NCBI GenBank assembly: GCA_012295275.1
Contig: CM022667.1
Coordinates: 5,146,001-5,210,000 of the forward strand
Direction of reading: 5' to 3'
Length of the DNA stretch: 64,000 bases
Source of the DNA: Chrysomallon squamiferum
Lineage: Eukaryota; Animalia; Mollusca
Below are positions 1 to 14,486 of the stretch, one piece after another. Within the stretch, counting starts at the first letter, position 1; the number at the start of each line of letters is the position of its first letter. The notes beneath the pieces are model-generated. The model worked only from the letters and a program-made list of their open reading frames with translations, made no database searches and was not told the DNA's origin. The position numbers and the translations under genes are program-made.

Positions 1-423
1 AATTTACATTGCCATATGAAATAAAAATGTTGAGCAATATGAGAAAAACGAAAACTTAAAATTATTTTTATTTAGAAAATACATCATCTCTTCTCGAACA
101 GAACTCCACAGTGTTCACACAATTAGACTAATCTGTTGAAGAAAACATTACAGCAGTGACTAACATTTACCAGACAACAGAAACTAGCCTAGTCATCCGA
201 GTCGAGCAATCTGGAATCTAGAACTTCCCTTTTGATTGAGAAATGCTATTTAAAAGGCTCTCAACTGCCAAAGAACTAATGAAGTGTTTCAGCAAGGTTA
301 ACATTTTATGACAGGGTCAATATAACAAAAAAACAAAAAATAAAATAAAATAAAAATTAGTTAATAATAAGAAAACAATTGTTCACGTGTGAATAATTTT
401 ACTTTTATTTAATACATACTTAC

Positions 424-756
424 CAGGGATAATTTTCATGCATGTTGCATCTCCAAAATCAGCAGGCATTCCATCAATACATACCCATTTTCCTTCATCG
501 ACATTTGTATTGAAAGACTTTATAGTAACTGTTATTTTTGAATGAGAGTTCCTCACAACACTGTATCCTGGTGTTTTGTTAACAATCTGACATTCTGTGA
601 TTTCGCTATTACATTTTACTATCTCACTGGGAATTCCATTATTTGGCCTGTAAAAGCTTATTCCAAAGTTTACAGTTCCTGTCATTCCACAAGTTAATTT
701 TGAAGGTTTTCCTTCTTGTGGTTGATCCATACAATCTATAAACGTTTCTGCTCTTT
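424..756 (-). CDS. Gene A Ig-like exon (divergent type, ERAETFIDCMDQPQ...DEGKWVC...TCMKIIP)
   Basis: tacag| acceptor, |gtaagt donor, 333 nt, phase 1-1, six Cys, D-x-G-x-W-x-C motif. Confidence 0.85.
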
Positions 757-1264
757 CTGTATTTTAATTGAGAAAGAAAAGATGGATATTTAAATTACAA
801 TAGATGAATGATCGTGCACAAACTTTTAAAATAAAAGCTGGAACAATAAAAAGATAAAAAAACAATTCTGTTTAGGAAGATATTATCATCTTGTATCAGT
901 TTAGAGAACTGTTAATATTTTAAAGACATAACAAAAAAAAATATCAGACAAAAAAAAAAAAAAAAAAAAAAAATCCAAAATTTTTAATCTAGTTAAAACA
1001 ACAAAACAAAAATTTCTTTTTTCTTTTTCAAATTATTTTAATGAGAAAATTAATTAAATAGCAGTTTTTTGAAAGGAATAACAATAAAGATGGATTTAGG
1101 AAAATGAATAATAGAATGTTTCGGAAAAGTCATGTTACTAAATTATTCATAATAATAATAATACTTTCTATTCTTTTTTAAAATAATTTTTAAGACTGAG
1201 AAAAAAGAATTTGCTAAAGTCATCTTACTAAATTATTCATAAGACTGAGAATGCTAAAACTTAC

Positions 1265-1291
1265 CATCGTAATGAGCCTCAATTATATCTG
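1265..1291 (-). CDS. Gene A microexon (ADIIEAHYD), NAGNAG acceptor
   Basis: ttttag|cag acceptor, |gtaagt donor, 27 nt (or 24 nt), phase 1-1. Confidence 0.65.
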
Positions 1292-1627
1292 CTAAAACAA
1301 AATTAAAATAAATAAATGAAGAAATTAAAAAAGTGCAAAAAGAGAAAAGAAACAAGAAAAAGTTGCAAAATGATAAACAATAGTAAAAAATAATAATGAA
1401 TTAATAAAATTTAAAGAAAATTTCATATCATTACTTTTATCAATTTTATTTAATTTAATTTTATAAAGCTATTTTTGTTTTATTTGATTTTATTTAATTT
1501 TATTATTATTATTTTTCCAAATTTTTTATTCCTTCATTTTTATCTGATAATACCTGTGTTCGTTATGCAATTTAAATGAACTAATATCTTAATGTATTAA
1601 TACAACTTAGTATTAATAAAAACTTAC

Positions 1628-1642
1628 CTCCACTATCAGTCT
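1628..1642 (-). CDS. Gene A candidate microexon (ETDSG)
   Basis: Poly-T tract then ttag|, |gtaagt donor, 15 nt, in frame. Confidence 0.5.
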
Positions 1643-1984
1643 CTAATATATAATTATATATATAAAAAAAAAAAAAAAAAAAAAAAAAATTTAAAAACTA
1701 ATTTGTAGGAAACAGTATATGGCTAATGGACTAACAAAACTGAATTTGGTGAAACTTATAATCAAAATGACTGTGGTTTAACCATTCTCAGGAACAAATA
1801 ACAGAAATGAACACACAAATTAATAAAGAAAATAATATTTTTAAAAGATTACAAAATAAATAGTAATATCAAAGAAAACAATGTAAAGCAAAATAAATAA
1901 ATACTTAATTAAGAAAAAAAACAGACAAAAGAACAATAACAACGATGACAAAACTTCAAGCTTTTAGTTATTGCCGCTCATTAC

Positions 1985-2002
1985 CAATATTATCATGGTC
2001 AA
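1985..2002 (-). CDS. Gene A candidate microexon (VDHDNI)
   Basis: tacag|, |gtaatg, 18 nt; identical copy at 36979-36996; weak pyrimidine tract. Confidence 0.4.
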
Positions 2003-2991
2003 CTGTATTTTGTCATAATAACAAAAGACATCAATGAAAGTATATAAAGGATAAAAAGATAATTAAATGGTTCTAAAGTAGTCACTAGTAACAATATTGA
2101 TAAAAATAATGAAAATAGAACAAGTTCAAAATAAACAGAAATTAAATGAATGACAATGAACCTTATAAACAAGGAAGAATACGTTTCGCAGTTATCATCA
2201 TTTATTTTCCAATACTACTTTCTACAGTTAATTTTCAAACCTTATAACAACTTAGGGTCACAGATATTTAAAAACACTGAAGTATTTAAAATAACTGTAA
2301 ACTATATCAATACATGGCAGCGATTGTTGAAATGCATCGCTTTTCTCTCATAAAACTAAATTTAGTTTTGATGTGATCTGTGTAGATTAACAAAGTAGTA
2401 CGAGCGCATTTCATATTTATGCAGTAAAAATTTATTTTGTTTATATGTAATTTAAATAAATTTAGAATGTGATATGAAAGAATTTCAAGTGTAAACGTTA
2501 AAATTTTATCTTCTGCCGCTCCTAAAAACAATTTAGAGAAAATGTACTATCGATACTAAGTATGATGGAACTTAACATAACTAGCTTCTTCCTCTTTATT
2601 TTATGACAAAAATTCAAAAATAAGTGAATAAAAAATAAAATATAAAAAACATAATACAGTGGTTACAGAAACATTAATAATAATATTGAAGAAAATACTG
2701 AACGCAGAGTAAAATAAATATGAAGAGAAATTAAATGAATATTATGGAAATAAAAAATAATCAAACTGAAATTATATTTGTTTTCGTAAATAAAGTAATA
2801 TGAGCATATAACACTCGCAGCAGCAGAATTTTATCTGTGTTCATTAAGTACAGTTTGCAGGAAATGCATTAAGGCTAATATACGTTATCTACATGTTCTA
2901 GTTAAAATACAGTTTACAGGAAATGTTGTGAGACCAACACGAAATGTACTACAACTCATCTATTAACAAGACTGGATATTATGATACATAC

Positions 2992-3009
2992 CATCAACAT
3001 CATGCGCAT
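2992..3009 (-). CDS. Gene A candidate microexon (DAHDVD)
   Basis: tttag|, |gtatgt, 18 nt; paralog at 37956-37973 keeps length and splice sites. Confidence 0.6.
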
Positions 3010-3253
3010 CTAAATATTTTGATGAAAAATAAAACAAATAAAGGTTAAATTAAAAGGATACAAAATAAATCAAAGAAAAAAGTAAATTAAATAAAATAAA
3101 TAAATAAATAAAAATAAATTAAGAAAATAAATATTTAAAAAGAGAACAAATAATACGTAGGATAAAAACAACAACAACAATAGTAATACAAAATTATTAA
3201 CTTTATAAACAAGGAGGATTGCCTTTCGTAGTTTCCATTATTTATAGTATTTT

Positions 3254-3311
<58 letters not shown>

Positions 3312-3359
3312 TAATATTATTACAATAATAATAATAACTGTTATTATAATTATAATTAC

Positions 3360-3395
<36 letters not shown>

Positions 3396-3500
3396 GACGT
3401 ATGGTAAGGTTGAATTGCTATTAATGATTGCTATAAATAACAGCAGCAGCAATACTACTACTACTATTAATATTACTACTCATATACTACTACTACTACC

Positions 3501-3554
<54 letters not shown>

Positions 3555-4034
3555 TATAAAAATAATTATATTAATAAGGACAAGAAGAAGAACAATTTTG
3601 TCATAATATTCTTAATATTTACAAGCAACGTGACGTTTCGTATCTTTCATTATTTCTTTTGCATCGTATCATTGTAGATTTAAAAGAAATCCTATAATTA
3701 CTGGTAATCGGTGGTATTTTATATGCAGTGAATTATTTATAATCATTAAGTCTGAAGTACTTGTTTAATGTGAACAAACAGATAAACTGAAGGAATGCGT
3801 TGGGTTTCTCTCATAAAACTAAATTTTATTGTTAATGTTAGCTAAGCAGATTAATAAACGAAAGCATTTCATGTTTAAGAGCGAAAGTAAATGTGGTTTT
3901 CATATAAAATTTAAATAGATATAGAAAGTAATGCGAAGAAGTTTCAAGTGCAAACGTGAAGACTTGGTCTACGCCGCTGGTTTAAGAGAATGCACAGAGA
4001 ATATACGATTGAAAGTGAATATGAGGAAACTTAC

Positions 4035-4061
4035 CAGCAACGATTTTGTTTTTTGTATGAT
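4035..4061 (-). CDS. Basic linker microexon L2 (DHTKNKIVA)
   Basis: ttttatcag|, |gtaagt, 27 nt, phase 1-1. Confidence 0.7.
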
Positions 4062-4545
4062 CTGATAAAAAAGAAAGAAAGAAAATAAAGTAGAATAATT
4101 AATAACAATTACATAAGGGAAAATAAATAATTAAAACGTTCGAAAAACATTGACGACGATGATTATAATGGTAATGGAGATGATGATAATAATAATGAAA
4201 TAAAATGACATTAAGAGAGAAAAAATGTTTGTTCAACAACAATACAGAAAAAGAAAGAAAAAACAAAAAACAAAACAAAAAACAAAAAAAAAAACAACAA
4301 AAAAAAACCTCCAACAATAGTACTACTACTAATAATACTAATACAAATAATGATACTACTACTAATAATACTAATAAAACTACTAATAATAATATCAATA
4401 CTACTACTACTACTACTACTACTGTTACAAATAATAATAAAAATTATAACAAAATATAAGGGTACAGCCGGAAATACAATCAAATAACTTGAAAGTGTAA
4501 AGATATACTTTTGTAAAATCCTAATAATCGTTTTTGTATACTCAC

Positions 4546-4878
4546 CACGTGAAAGTATAACACATGTGGGTTCACCAATACCTGGACGTGGTCCATCACT
4601 GCAGATCCATTCACCTTCATCAACCTCCTTGTGGAAAGACAAAATAGAAATTCTTATTTTTGTGGGTGAATCTATTTCGATTCTGTAATCTGGTATATTA
4701 TCCGAAATTTTACATGTTGTCATGAGTGAATTACAGGTTACGATCGGTACAGGAAATCCACTATTAGGACGGTAAACGTTTATTCCATGTTCTACTTTGC
4801 CAGATATTGTACAAGACAATGCTGTCATTTTCCCTTCTTCTGGGGTATCCATGCAATTTAAATAAGTTTTTGCCCTTT
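4546..4878 (-). CDS. Gene A Ig-like exon
   Basis: ttgcag|, |gtgagt, 333 nt, ERAKTYLNCMDTP...EPTCVILSR. Confidence 0.85.
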
Positions 4879-5508
4879 CTGCAAAATATATTTTATAAAT
4901 AATAGAAGTATTGCTGTAGTTATTAAGAAATTATCATATTTCTAACCTAATAACATTAAATATTATGATGAAAATTAAACAGACGTATCAACATATACAT
5001 AGACATGGACGCAAACAGACGTTGCAGAACATTTTACTTATTTATGTAATGTTACATTATACAACACTGAGCATGTAATAACATCCTGTCACCGCCAGTA
5101 TTTGGCTTGTACGGAATTGATCCTGATAACAATCAATTCTCCAGTATACCTTTAGTGTCGGTAAATCGTAAGAAATTATTGTAACGAGTTGTGTTTATCT
5201 AATTAAACTCATTTTAGGTTTAATGTGATTATAAGAAAATCAGAAAGTAATTGAAACGTATTTCACAAGGAAACGAAAAATGTTAGCGTCAGTATTTTAC
5301 AGAATTATAGTTACGTGCTCTTGTTAAACATAGCTCATAGGAAATAAAGGATGAAAAGAAAATCACTTGAAAGTTTGAAAATGATAAACAACTTTAAATA
5401 TCAAATAAGACTGATAAAGAAGGTTTAATATATTATTTTACCTACTTGTGTTCGTTTAATACAATTTATGACTAATTTGCTAATACGACTGACTGTGACG
5501 AAACTTAC

Positions 5509-5535
5509 CATCGATATCAGTGTCGTCTGAAGATT
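5509..5535 (-). CDS. Acidic linker microexon L1 (ESSDDTDID)
   Basis: ttcttcctcag|, |gtaagt, 27 nt, phase 1-1. Confidence 0.75.
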
Positions 5536-6171
5536 CTGAGGAAGAAATGAAACAAATATACAAATAAAGAAAGAAGAAAAGTAAAATGTAATGAACTAAT
5601 AATAAAGAACACAACAAGAACAGCAACAGCAATACTACTACAACTACCACTACTACTACTAAAACTAATAATAATAATAACAATAACAATAATTATAATA
5701 ATTATTTTATCAATAACGACAAAAAGAAGAACAATTTTGGCATAATATTCTTAAAATTTACAATCAACGTGAGGTTTCGTATCTTTAATTATTTCTTTTC
5801 CATCGTATCATTGTAGACTTAAAAAAATTATATAATTACTGACAATCGGTGGTATTTTATATGCAATGAGTTTTCTATAATGTTTAAGTGTGAAGTACTT
5901 GTTTAATGTGAATAAATAGCACAAACTAATGGAATGCTTTGTGTTTCTCTCATGAAACAAAATTTTGTTGTTAATGTTAGCTAAGCAGACTAATAAACGA
6001 AAGCATTTCATGTTTAAGAGCGAAAGTAAATGTGGTTTTCATATAATGTAAATAGATATAGAAAGTAATGCGAAGAAGTTTCAAGTGCAAACGTGAAGAC
6101 TTGGTCTATGCCGCTGGTTTAAGAGAATGCACAGAGAATATACGAATGAAAGTGAGTATGAGGAAACTTAC

Positions 6172-6198
6172 CAGAAATAATTTTGTTTTCCGTATGAT
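6172..6198 (-). CDS. Linker microexon L2 (DHTENKIIS)
   Basis: AG/GT bounded, 27 nt. Confidence 0.7.
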
Positions 6199-6719
6199 CT
6201 GATGAAAAAAGAAAGAAAGAAAATGAAGTAGAATAATTAATAACAATTACATAAGGGAAAATAAATAATTAAAACGTTCGAAAAACATTGACCACGATGA
6301 TTGTAATGATAATGGAGATGATGATGAGATTAAGAGAGATAAAATGTTTGTTCAAGAACAATACAGAAAAAGAAAGAATGAAGAAAAGACAAAATAAGAA
6401 ACAAAAAACAAACCAAAAAACAACAAAAAACCCCAATAATACTAATAGTAATCATACTACTAATACAAATAATGCTACTACTAAAACTAATACAAATAAT
6501 GATACTACTAAAACTAATACAAATAATGATACTACTAATAATAATACTAAAAATACTACTACTGATAATATTAATAGTGCTACTATTACTACTACTACTA
6601 ATAATAATAGGAACAAAATATAAGGATACAGAAGGAAATACAATCAAATAATTTGTAAGTGTAAAGATATACTTTTGTGAAATCCTAATAATCGTTTCTA
6701 TAGGATACTATATACTCAC

Positions 6720-7052
6720 CACGTGAATGCTTAACACATGTGGGTTCACCAATACCTGGACGTGGTCCATCACTGCAAATCCATTGACCTTCATCAATCG
6801 CTTTGTGGAAAGACAAAATAGAAATTGTTATTTTTGTGGGTGAATCTATTTGGATTCTGTAATCTGGTAAATTATCCGAAATTTCACATGTTGTCATGAG
6901 TGAATTACAGTTTATGATCGCTATAGGAAATCCACCATTTGGACGGTAAACATTTATTCCATGTTCTACTTTGCCAGATATTGTACAAGACAATGCTGTC
7001 ATTTTTCCTTCTTCTGGGGTATCCATGCAATTTAAATAAGTTTTTGCCCTTC
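6720..7052 (-). CDS. Gene A Ig-like exon
   Basis: tacag|, |gtgagt, 333 nt, open frame. Confidence 0.85.
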
Positions 7053-7686
7053 CTGTAAAATATATGTTATAAAAAATAGAAGTATTGCTGTAGCTATTAA
7101 GACATTATTATATTTCTAACGTGATAACATTAAATGTTATGATGAAAATTAAACACACGCATCGTCATTTATATACACATAGATGCACACGCACACACAA
7201 ACAGAGGTTGCAGAAAATGTTACTTAATAAATAATGTTACATTAAACGGCTTTGATCATGTAATGACATGCTGTCAGCGCCAGTATTTGGCTTGTACTAA
7301 ATTAATCCATATAATAATCAATTCTCAGTATCGGTAAATCGTAAGATACTATTATAATGAGTTGTGTTTATCTAATTAAACTCACTTTAGCTTTAATGTG
7401 ATTATAAGAAATTCAGAAAGTAATAGAAACGTATTTCACAAGGAAACGAAAAGATGATAGCCTCAGTATTTTTACAGAATTATAGTCACGTGCTCTTGTT
7501 AAACATAGCTCATAGGAAATAAAGGATGAAAAGAAAATCACTTGAAAGTTTGAAAATGATAAATAACTTTAAATACCTAATAAGACTGATAAAGAAGGTT
7601 TAATATCATATTATTTTACCTATTTGTGTTCGTTTAGTACAATTTATGACTAATTTGCTAATACGACTGACTGTGACGAAACTTAC

Positions 7687-7713
7687 CATCGAGATCAGTG
7701 TCGTCTGAAGATT
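7687..7713 (-). CDS. Linker microexon L1 (ESSDDTDLD)
   Basis: AG/GT bounded, 27 nt. Confidence 0.75.
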
Positions 7714-8371
7714 CTGAGGAAGAAATGAAACAAATATACAAATAAAGAAAGGAGAAAAGTAAAGTGTAATGAATTAATAATAAAGAACACAACAGCAACA
7801 GGAATACTACTACTACTATTACTATAACTGTTACTACTACTATTACTACCACTACTACTACTAAAAATAATAATAACAATAACAATAACAATAATTATAA
7901 TAATAATTATATTAATAAGGACATGAAGAACAATTTTGGCATAATATTCTTAAAATTTACAATCAACGTGACGTTTCGTATCTTTCATTATTTCTTTACA
8001 TTCGTATCATTGTAGATTTGAAAAAAATCCTATAATTACTGACAATCGGTAGTATTTTATATGGAGTGAATTATTTCTAATGAGTAAATGTGAAATACTT
8101 ATTTAATGTGAATAAATAGCACAAACTCATGGAATGCGTTGGGTTTCTCTCATAAAACTAAATTTGTTTGTTAATGTTAGCTAAGCAGATTAATAAACGA
8201 AAGCATTTCATGTTTAAGAGCGAAAGTAAATGTGGTTTTCATATAATTTAAATAGATATAGAAAGTAATGCGAAGAAGTTTCAAGTGCAAACGTGAAGAC
8301 TTGGTCTACGCCGCACGTTTAAGAGAAACCACAGAGAATATACGAATGAAAGTGAGTATGAGGAAACTTAC

Positions 8372-8398
8372 CAGAAATAATTTTGTTTTTTGTATGAT
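8372..8398 (-). CDS. Linker microexon L2 (DHTKNKIIS)
   Basis: AG/GT bounded, 27 nt. Confidence 0.7.
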
Positions 8399-8895
8399 CT
8401 GATAAAAAAGAAAGAATGAAAATTAAGTAGACTAATTAATACATAAGGGAAAATAAATAAGTGAAACGTTGGAAAATCATTGACGACGATGTTTATAATG
8501 GTAATGAAGATGATAATAATAATAATGAGATAATATATGACATTAAGAGAGACAAAATGTTTGTTCAACAATTATACAGAAAAAGAAAGAAACAAGAAAA
8601 AACAAAACAAAAAACAAGAAACAAAAACCATAGTACTACTAATAATACTACTAATACAAATAATAATACTACTAATACAAATAATAATAATAATACTACT
8701 AATAATGGGAATACTACTACTAATAATGGTAATACTACTACAAATAATAATATCAATACTACTACTACTAGTAATAATAATAATGATAACAAAATATAAG
8801 GGTTCAGACGAAAATACAATCAAATAATTTGAAAGTGTAAAGATATACTTTTGTAAAATCCTAAAAATCGTTTCTGTAGCATACTATATACTCAC

Positions 8896-9228
8896 CAGGT
8901 GAATGTATAACACATGTGGGTTCACCAATACCTGGACGTGGTCCATCACTGCAGATCCATTCACCTTCATCAACCTCTTTGTGGAAAGACAAAATAGAAA
9001 TTGTTATTTTTGTGGGTGAATCTATTTGGATTCTGTAATCTGGTATTTTATCCGAAATTTCACATGTTGTCAAAAGTGAATTACAGATTACGATCGGTAC
9101 AGGAAATCCACTATTAGGACGGTAAACGTTTATTCCATGTTCTACTTTGCCAGATATTGTACAAGACAATGCTGTCATTTTTCCTTCTTCTGGGGTATCC
9201 ATGCAATTTAAATAAGTTTTTGCCCTTT
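8896..9228 (-). CDS. Gene A Ig-like exon
   Basis: AG/GT bounded, 333 nt, open frame. Confidence 0.85.
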
Positions 9229-9861
9229 CTGCAAAATATATTTTATAAATAATAGAAGTATTGCTGTAGTTATCAATAAATTATTATATTTCTAACGTGA
9301 TAACATTAAATATTATGATGAAAATTAAACAGACATATCAAGGTATACATACACATGCACGCAAACAGAGGTTGCGGAACATTTTACTTATTTATGTAAT
9401 GTTACATTATACAACACTGAGCATGTAATAACATCCTGTCACCGCCAGTATTTGGCTTGTACGGAATTGATCCTGATAACAATCAATTCTCAAGGATACC
9501 TTCAGTATCGGTAAATCGTAAGAAATTATTGTAACGAGTTGTGGATATCTAATTAAACTCACTTTAGGTTTAATGTGATTATAAGAAATTCAGAAAGTAG
9601 TAGAAACGTATTTCAAAAGGAAACGAAAAATGTTAGCCTCAGTATTTTACAGAATTATAGTTACGTGCCCTTGTTAAACATAGCTCATGGAAAATAAAGG
9701 ATGAAAAGAAAATCACTTGAATTTTTGAAAATGATAAATAACTTTAAATATCTAATAAGACTGATAAAGAAGGTTTAATATCATATTATTTTACCTACTT
9801 GTGTTCGTTTAGTACAATTTATGACTAATTTGCTAATACGACTGACTGTGACGAAACTTAC

Positions 9862-9888
9862 CATCGATATCAGTGTCGTCTGAAGATT
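9862..9888 (-). CDS. Linker microexon L1
   Basis: AG/GT bounded, 27 nt. Confidence 0.75.
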
Positions 9889-10568
9889 CTGAGGAAGAAA
9901 TGAAACAAATATACAAATAAAGAAAGAAGAAAACTAAAATGTAATGAACTAATAAAAAAGAACACAACAAGAAGAACAACAGCAATACTATTACAACTAT
10001 TACTATTACTACTACTACTGCTACTGCTACTACTACTATTACTACTATTACTACTTATAGTTCTAATAATAATAATAACAATACAATAATGATGATAATA
10101 ATTATATTAATAACAACAAGAAGAAGAACGATTTTGGCATAATATTCTTAATATTTACAATCAGCGTGACGTTTCGTATCTTTCATAATTTTTTTCCATC
10201 GTATCATTGTAGAGTTAATAAAAATCCTATAATTACTGACAATCGGTGGTATTTTATATGCAGTGAATTATCTATAATCATTAAGTGTGAAGTAGTTGTT
10301 TAATGTGAATAAATAGCATAAAGTAATGGTATATGTTGGGTTCCTCTCATAAAACCAAATTTTGTTGTTAATGTTAGCTAAGCAGATTAATAAACGAAAG
10401 CATTTCATGTTTAAGAGCGAAAGTAAATGTGGTTTTCATATAATGTAAATAGATATAGAAAGTAATGCGAAGAAGTTTCAAGTGCAAACGTGAAGACTTG
10501 GTCTATGCCGCTGGTTTAAGAGAATGCACAGAGAATATACGAATGAAAGTGAGTATGCGGAAACTTAC

Positions 10569-10595
10569 CAGAAATAATTTTGTTTTTTGTATGAT
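10569..10595 (-). CDS. Linker microexon L2
   Basis: AG/GT bounded, 27 nt. Confidence 0.7.
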
Positions 10596-11107
10596 CTGAT
10601 AAAAAAGAAAGAATGAAAATTAAGTAGACTAATTAATACATAAGGGAAAATAAATAAGTGAAACGTTGGAAAATCATTGACGACGATGTTTAGAATGGTA
10701 ATGAAGATGATGATAATAATAATGAGATAATATATGACATTAAGAGAGACAAAATGTTTGTTCAACAATTATACAGAAAAAGAAAGAAACAAGAAAAAAC
10801 AAAACAAAAAACAAGAAACAAAAACCATAGTACTACTAATAATACTACTAATACAAATAATAATACTACTAATACAAATAATAATAATACAAATAATAAT
10901 AATGGGAATACTAATAATGGGAATACTACTACTAATAATGGTAATACTATTACAAATAATAATATCAATACTACTACTACTAGTAATAATAATAATGATA
11001 ACCAAATATAAGGGTTCAGACGAAAATACAATCAAATAATTTGAAAGTGTAAAGATATACTTTTGTAAAATCCTAAAAATCGTTTCTGTAGGATACTATA
11101 TACTCAC

Positions 11108-11440
11108 CAGGTGAATGTATAACACATGTGGGTTCACCAATACCTGGACGTGGTCCATCACTGCAGATCCATTCACCTTCATCAACCTCTTTGTGGAAAG
11201 ACAAAATAGAAATTGTTATTTTTGTGGGTGAATCTATTTGGATTCTGTAATCTGGTATTTTATCCGAAATTTCACATGTTGTCAAGAGTGAATTACAGAT
11301 TACGATCGGTACAGGAAATCCACTATTAGGACGGTAAACGTTTATTCCATGTTCTACTTTGCCAGATATTGTACAAGACAATGCTGTCATTTTTCCTTCT
11401 TCTGGGGTATCCATGCAGTTTAAATAAGTTTTTGCCCTTT
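11108..11440 (-). CDS. Gene A Ig-like exon
   Basis: AG/GT bounded, 333 nt, open frame. Confidence 0.85.
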
Positions 11441-12073
11441 CTGCAAAATATATTTTATAAATAATAGAAGTATTGCTGTAGTTATTAAGAAATTATTATA
11501 TTTCTAACATGATAACATTAAATATTATGATGAAAATTAAACAGACGTATCAAGATATTCATAGACATGCACGCAAACAGAGGTTGCGGAACATTTTACT
11601 TATTTATGTAATGTTACATTATACAACACTGAGCATGTAATAACATCCTGTCACCGCCAGTATTTGGCTTGTACGGAATTGATCCTGATAACAATCAATT
11701 CTCAAGTATACCTTCAGTATCGGTAAATCGTAAGAAATTATTGTAACGAGTTGTGGATATCTAACTAAACTCACTTTAGGTTTAATGTGATTATAAGAAA
11801 TTCAGAAAGTAGTAGAAACGTATTTCACAAGGAAACGAAAAATGTTAGACTCAGTATTTTACAGAATTATAGTTACGTGCTCTTGTTAAACATAGCTCAT
11901 AGGAAATAAAGGATGAAAAGAAAATCACTTGAATTTTTGAAAATGATAAATAACTTTAAATATCTAATAAGACTGATAAAGAAGGTTTAATATCATATTA
12001 TTTAACCTACCTGTGTTCGTTTAGTACAATTTATGACTAATTTGCTAATACGACTGACTGTGACGAAACTTAC

Positions 12074-12100
12074 CATCGATATCAGTGTCGTCTGAAGATT
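12074..12100 (-). CDS. Linker microexon L1
   Basis: AG/GT bounded, 27 nt. Confidence 0.75.
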
Positions 12101-12777
12101 CTGAGGAAGAAATGAAACAAATATACAAATAAAGAAAGAAGAAAACTAAAATGTAATGAACTAATAAAAAAGAACACAACAAGAAGAACAACAGTAATGC
12201 TACTACAACTATTACTATTACTACTACTACTGCTACTGCTACTACTACTACTACTATTACTACTTCTAGTTCTAATAATAATAATAACAATACAACAATG
12301 ATGATAATAATTATATTAATAACGACAACAAGAAGAACGATTTTGGCATAATATTCTTAATATTTACAATCAGCGTGACGTTTCGTATCTTTCATAATCT
12401 TTTTCCATCGTATCATTGTAGAGTTAAAAAAAATCCTATAATTACTGACAATCGGTGGTATTTTATATACAGTGAATTATCTATAATCATTAAGTGTGAA
12501 GTAGTTGTTTAATGTGAATAAATAGCATAAAGTAATGGTATATGTTGGGTTTCTCTCATAAAACCAAATTTTGTTGTTAATGTTAGCTAAGCAGATTAAT
12601 AAACGAAAGCATTTCATGTTTAAGAGCGAAAGTAAATGTAGTTTTCATATAATGTAAATAGATATAGAAAGTAATGCGAAGAAGTTTCAAGTGCAAACGT
12701 GAAGACTTGGTCTATGCCGCTGGTTTAAGAGAATGCACAGAGAATATACGAATGAAAGTGAGTATGAGAAAACTTAC

Positions 12778-12804
12778 CAGAAATAATTTTGTTTTTTGTA
12801 TGAT
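12778..12804 (-). CDS. Linker microexon L2
   Basis: AG/GT bounded, 27 nt. Confidence 0.7.
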
Positions 12805-13323
12805 CTGATAAAAAAGAAAGAATGAAAATTAAGTAGACTAATTAATACATAAGGGAAAATAAATAAGTGAAACGTTGGAAAATCATTGACGACGATGTTT
12901 ATAATGGTAATGAAGATGATAATAATAATAATGAGATAATATATGACATTAAGAGAAACAAAATGTTTGTTCAACAATTATACAGAAAAAGAAAGAAACA
13001 AGAAAAAAACAAAAACAAAAACAAGAAACAAAAACCATAGTACTACTAATAATACTACTAATACAAATAATAATACTACTAATACAAATAATAATAATAC
13101 AACTACTAATAATGGGAATACTACTACTAATAATGGGAATACTACTACTAATAATGGTAATACTACTACAAATAATAATATCAATACTACTACTACTAGT
13201 AATAATAATAATGATAACCAAATATAAGGGTTCAGACGAAAATACAATCAAATAATTTGAAAGTGTAAAGATATACTTTTGTAAAATCCTAATAATCGTT
13301 TCTGTAGGATACTATATACTCAC

Positions 13324-13656
13324 CAGGTGAATGTATAACACATGTGGGTTCACCAATACCTGGACGTGGTCCATCACTGCAGATCCATTCACCTTCATCA
13401 ACCTCTTTGTGGAAAGACAGAATAGAAATTGTTATTTTTGTGGGTGAATCTATTTGGATTCTGTAATCTGGTATATTATCCGAAATTTCACATGTTGTCA
13501 AAAGTGAATTACAGATTACGATCGGTACAGGAAATCCACTATTAGGACGGTAAACGTTTATTCCATGTTCTACTTTGCCAGATATTGTACAAGACAATGC
13601 TGTCATTTTTCCTTCTTCTCGGTTATCCATGCAATTTATATAAGTTTTTGCCCTTT
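13324..13656 (-). CDS. Gene A Ig-like exon (MDNR variant)
   Basis: AG/GT bounded, 333 nt, open frame. Confidence 0.85.
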
Positions 13657-14289
13657 CTGCAAAATATATTTTATAAATAATAGAAGTATTGCTGTAGTTA
13701 TTAAGAAATTATTATATTTCTAACGTGATAACATTAAATATTATGATGAAAATTAAACAGACGTATCAAGATATACATACACATGCACGCAAACAGAGGT
13801 TGCGGAACATTTTACTTATTTATGTAATGTTACATTATACAACACTGAGCATGTAATAACATCCTGTCACCGCCAGTATTTGGCTTGTACGGAATTGATC
13901 CTGATAACAATCAATTCTCAAGTATACCTTCAGTATCGGTAAATCGTAAGAAATTATTGTAACGAGTTGTGTTTATCTAATTAAACTCACTTTAGGTTTA
14001 ATGTGATTATAAGAAATTCAGAAAGTAATAGGAACGTATTTCAGAAGGAAACGAAAAATGTTAGCCTGAGTAGTTTACAGAATTACAGTTACGTGCTCTT
14101 GTTAAACATAGCTCATGGAAAATAAAGGATGAAAAGAAAATCACTTGAAAGTTTGAAAATGATAAATAACTTTAAATACCTAATAAGACTGATAAAGAAG
14201 GTTTAATATCATATTATTTTACCTACCTGTGTTCGTTTAGTACAATTTATGACTAATTTGCTAATACGACTGACTGTGACGAAACTTAC

Positions 14290-14316
14290 CATCGATATCA
14301 GTGTCGTCTGAAGATT
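14290..14316 (-). CDS. Linker microexon L1
   Basis: AG/GT bounded, 27 nt. Confidence 0.75.
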
Positions 14317-14433
14317 CTGAGGAAGAAATGAAACAAATATACAAATAAAAGAAAAAAAAACTAAAATGTAATGAACTAATAAAAAAGAACACAACAAGAA
14401 GAACAACAGTAATACTACTACAACTATTACTAT

Positions 14434-14486
<53 letters not shown>

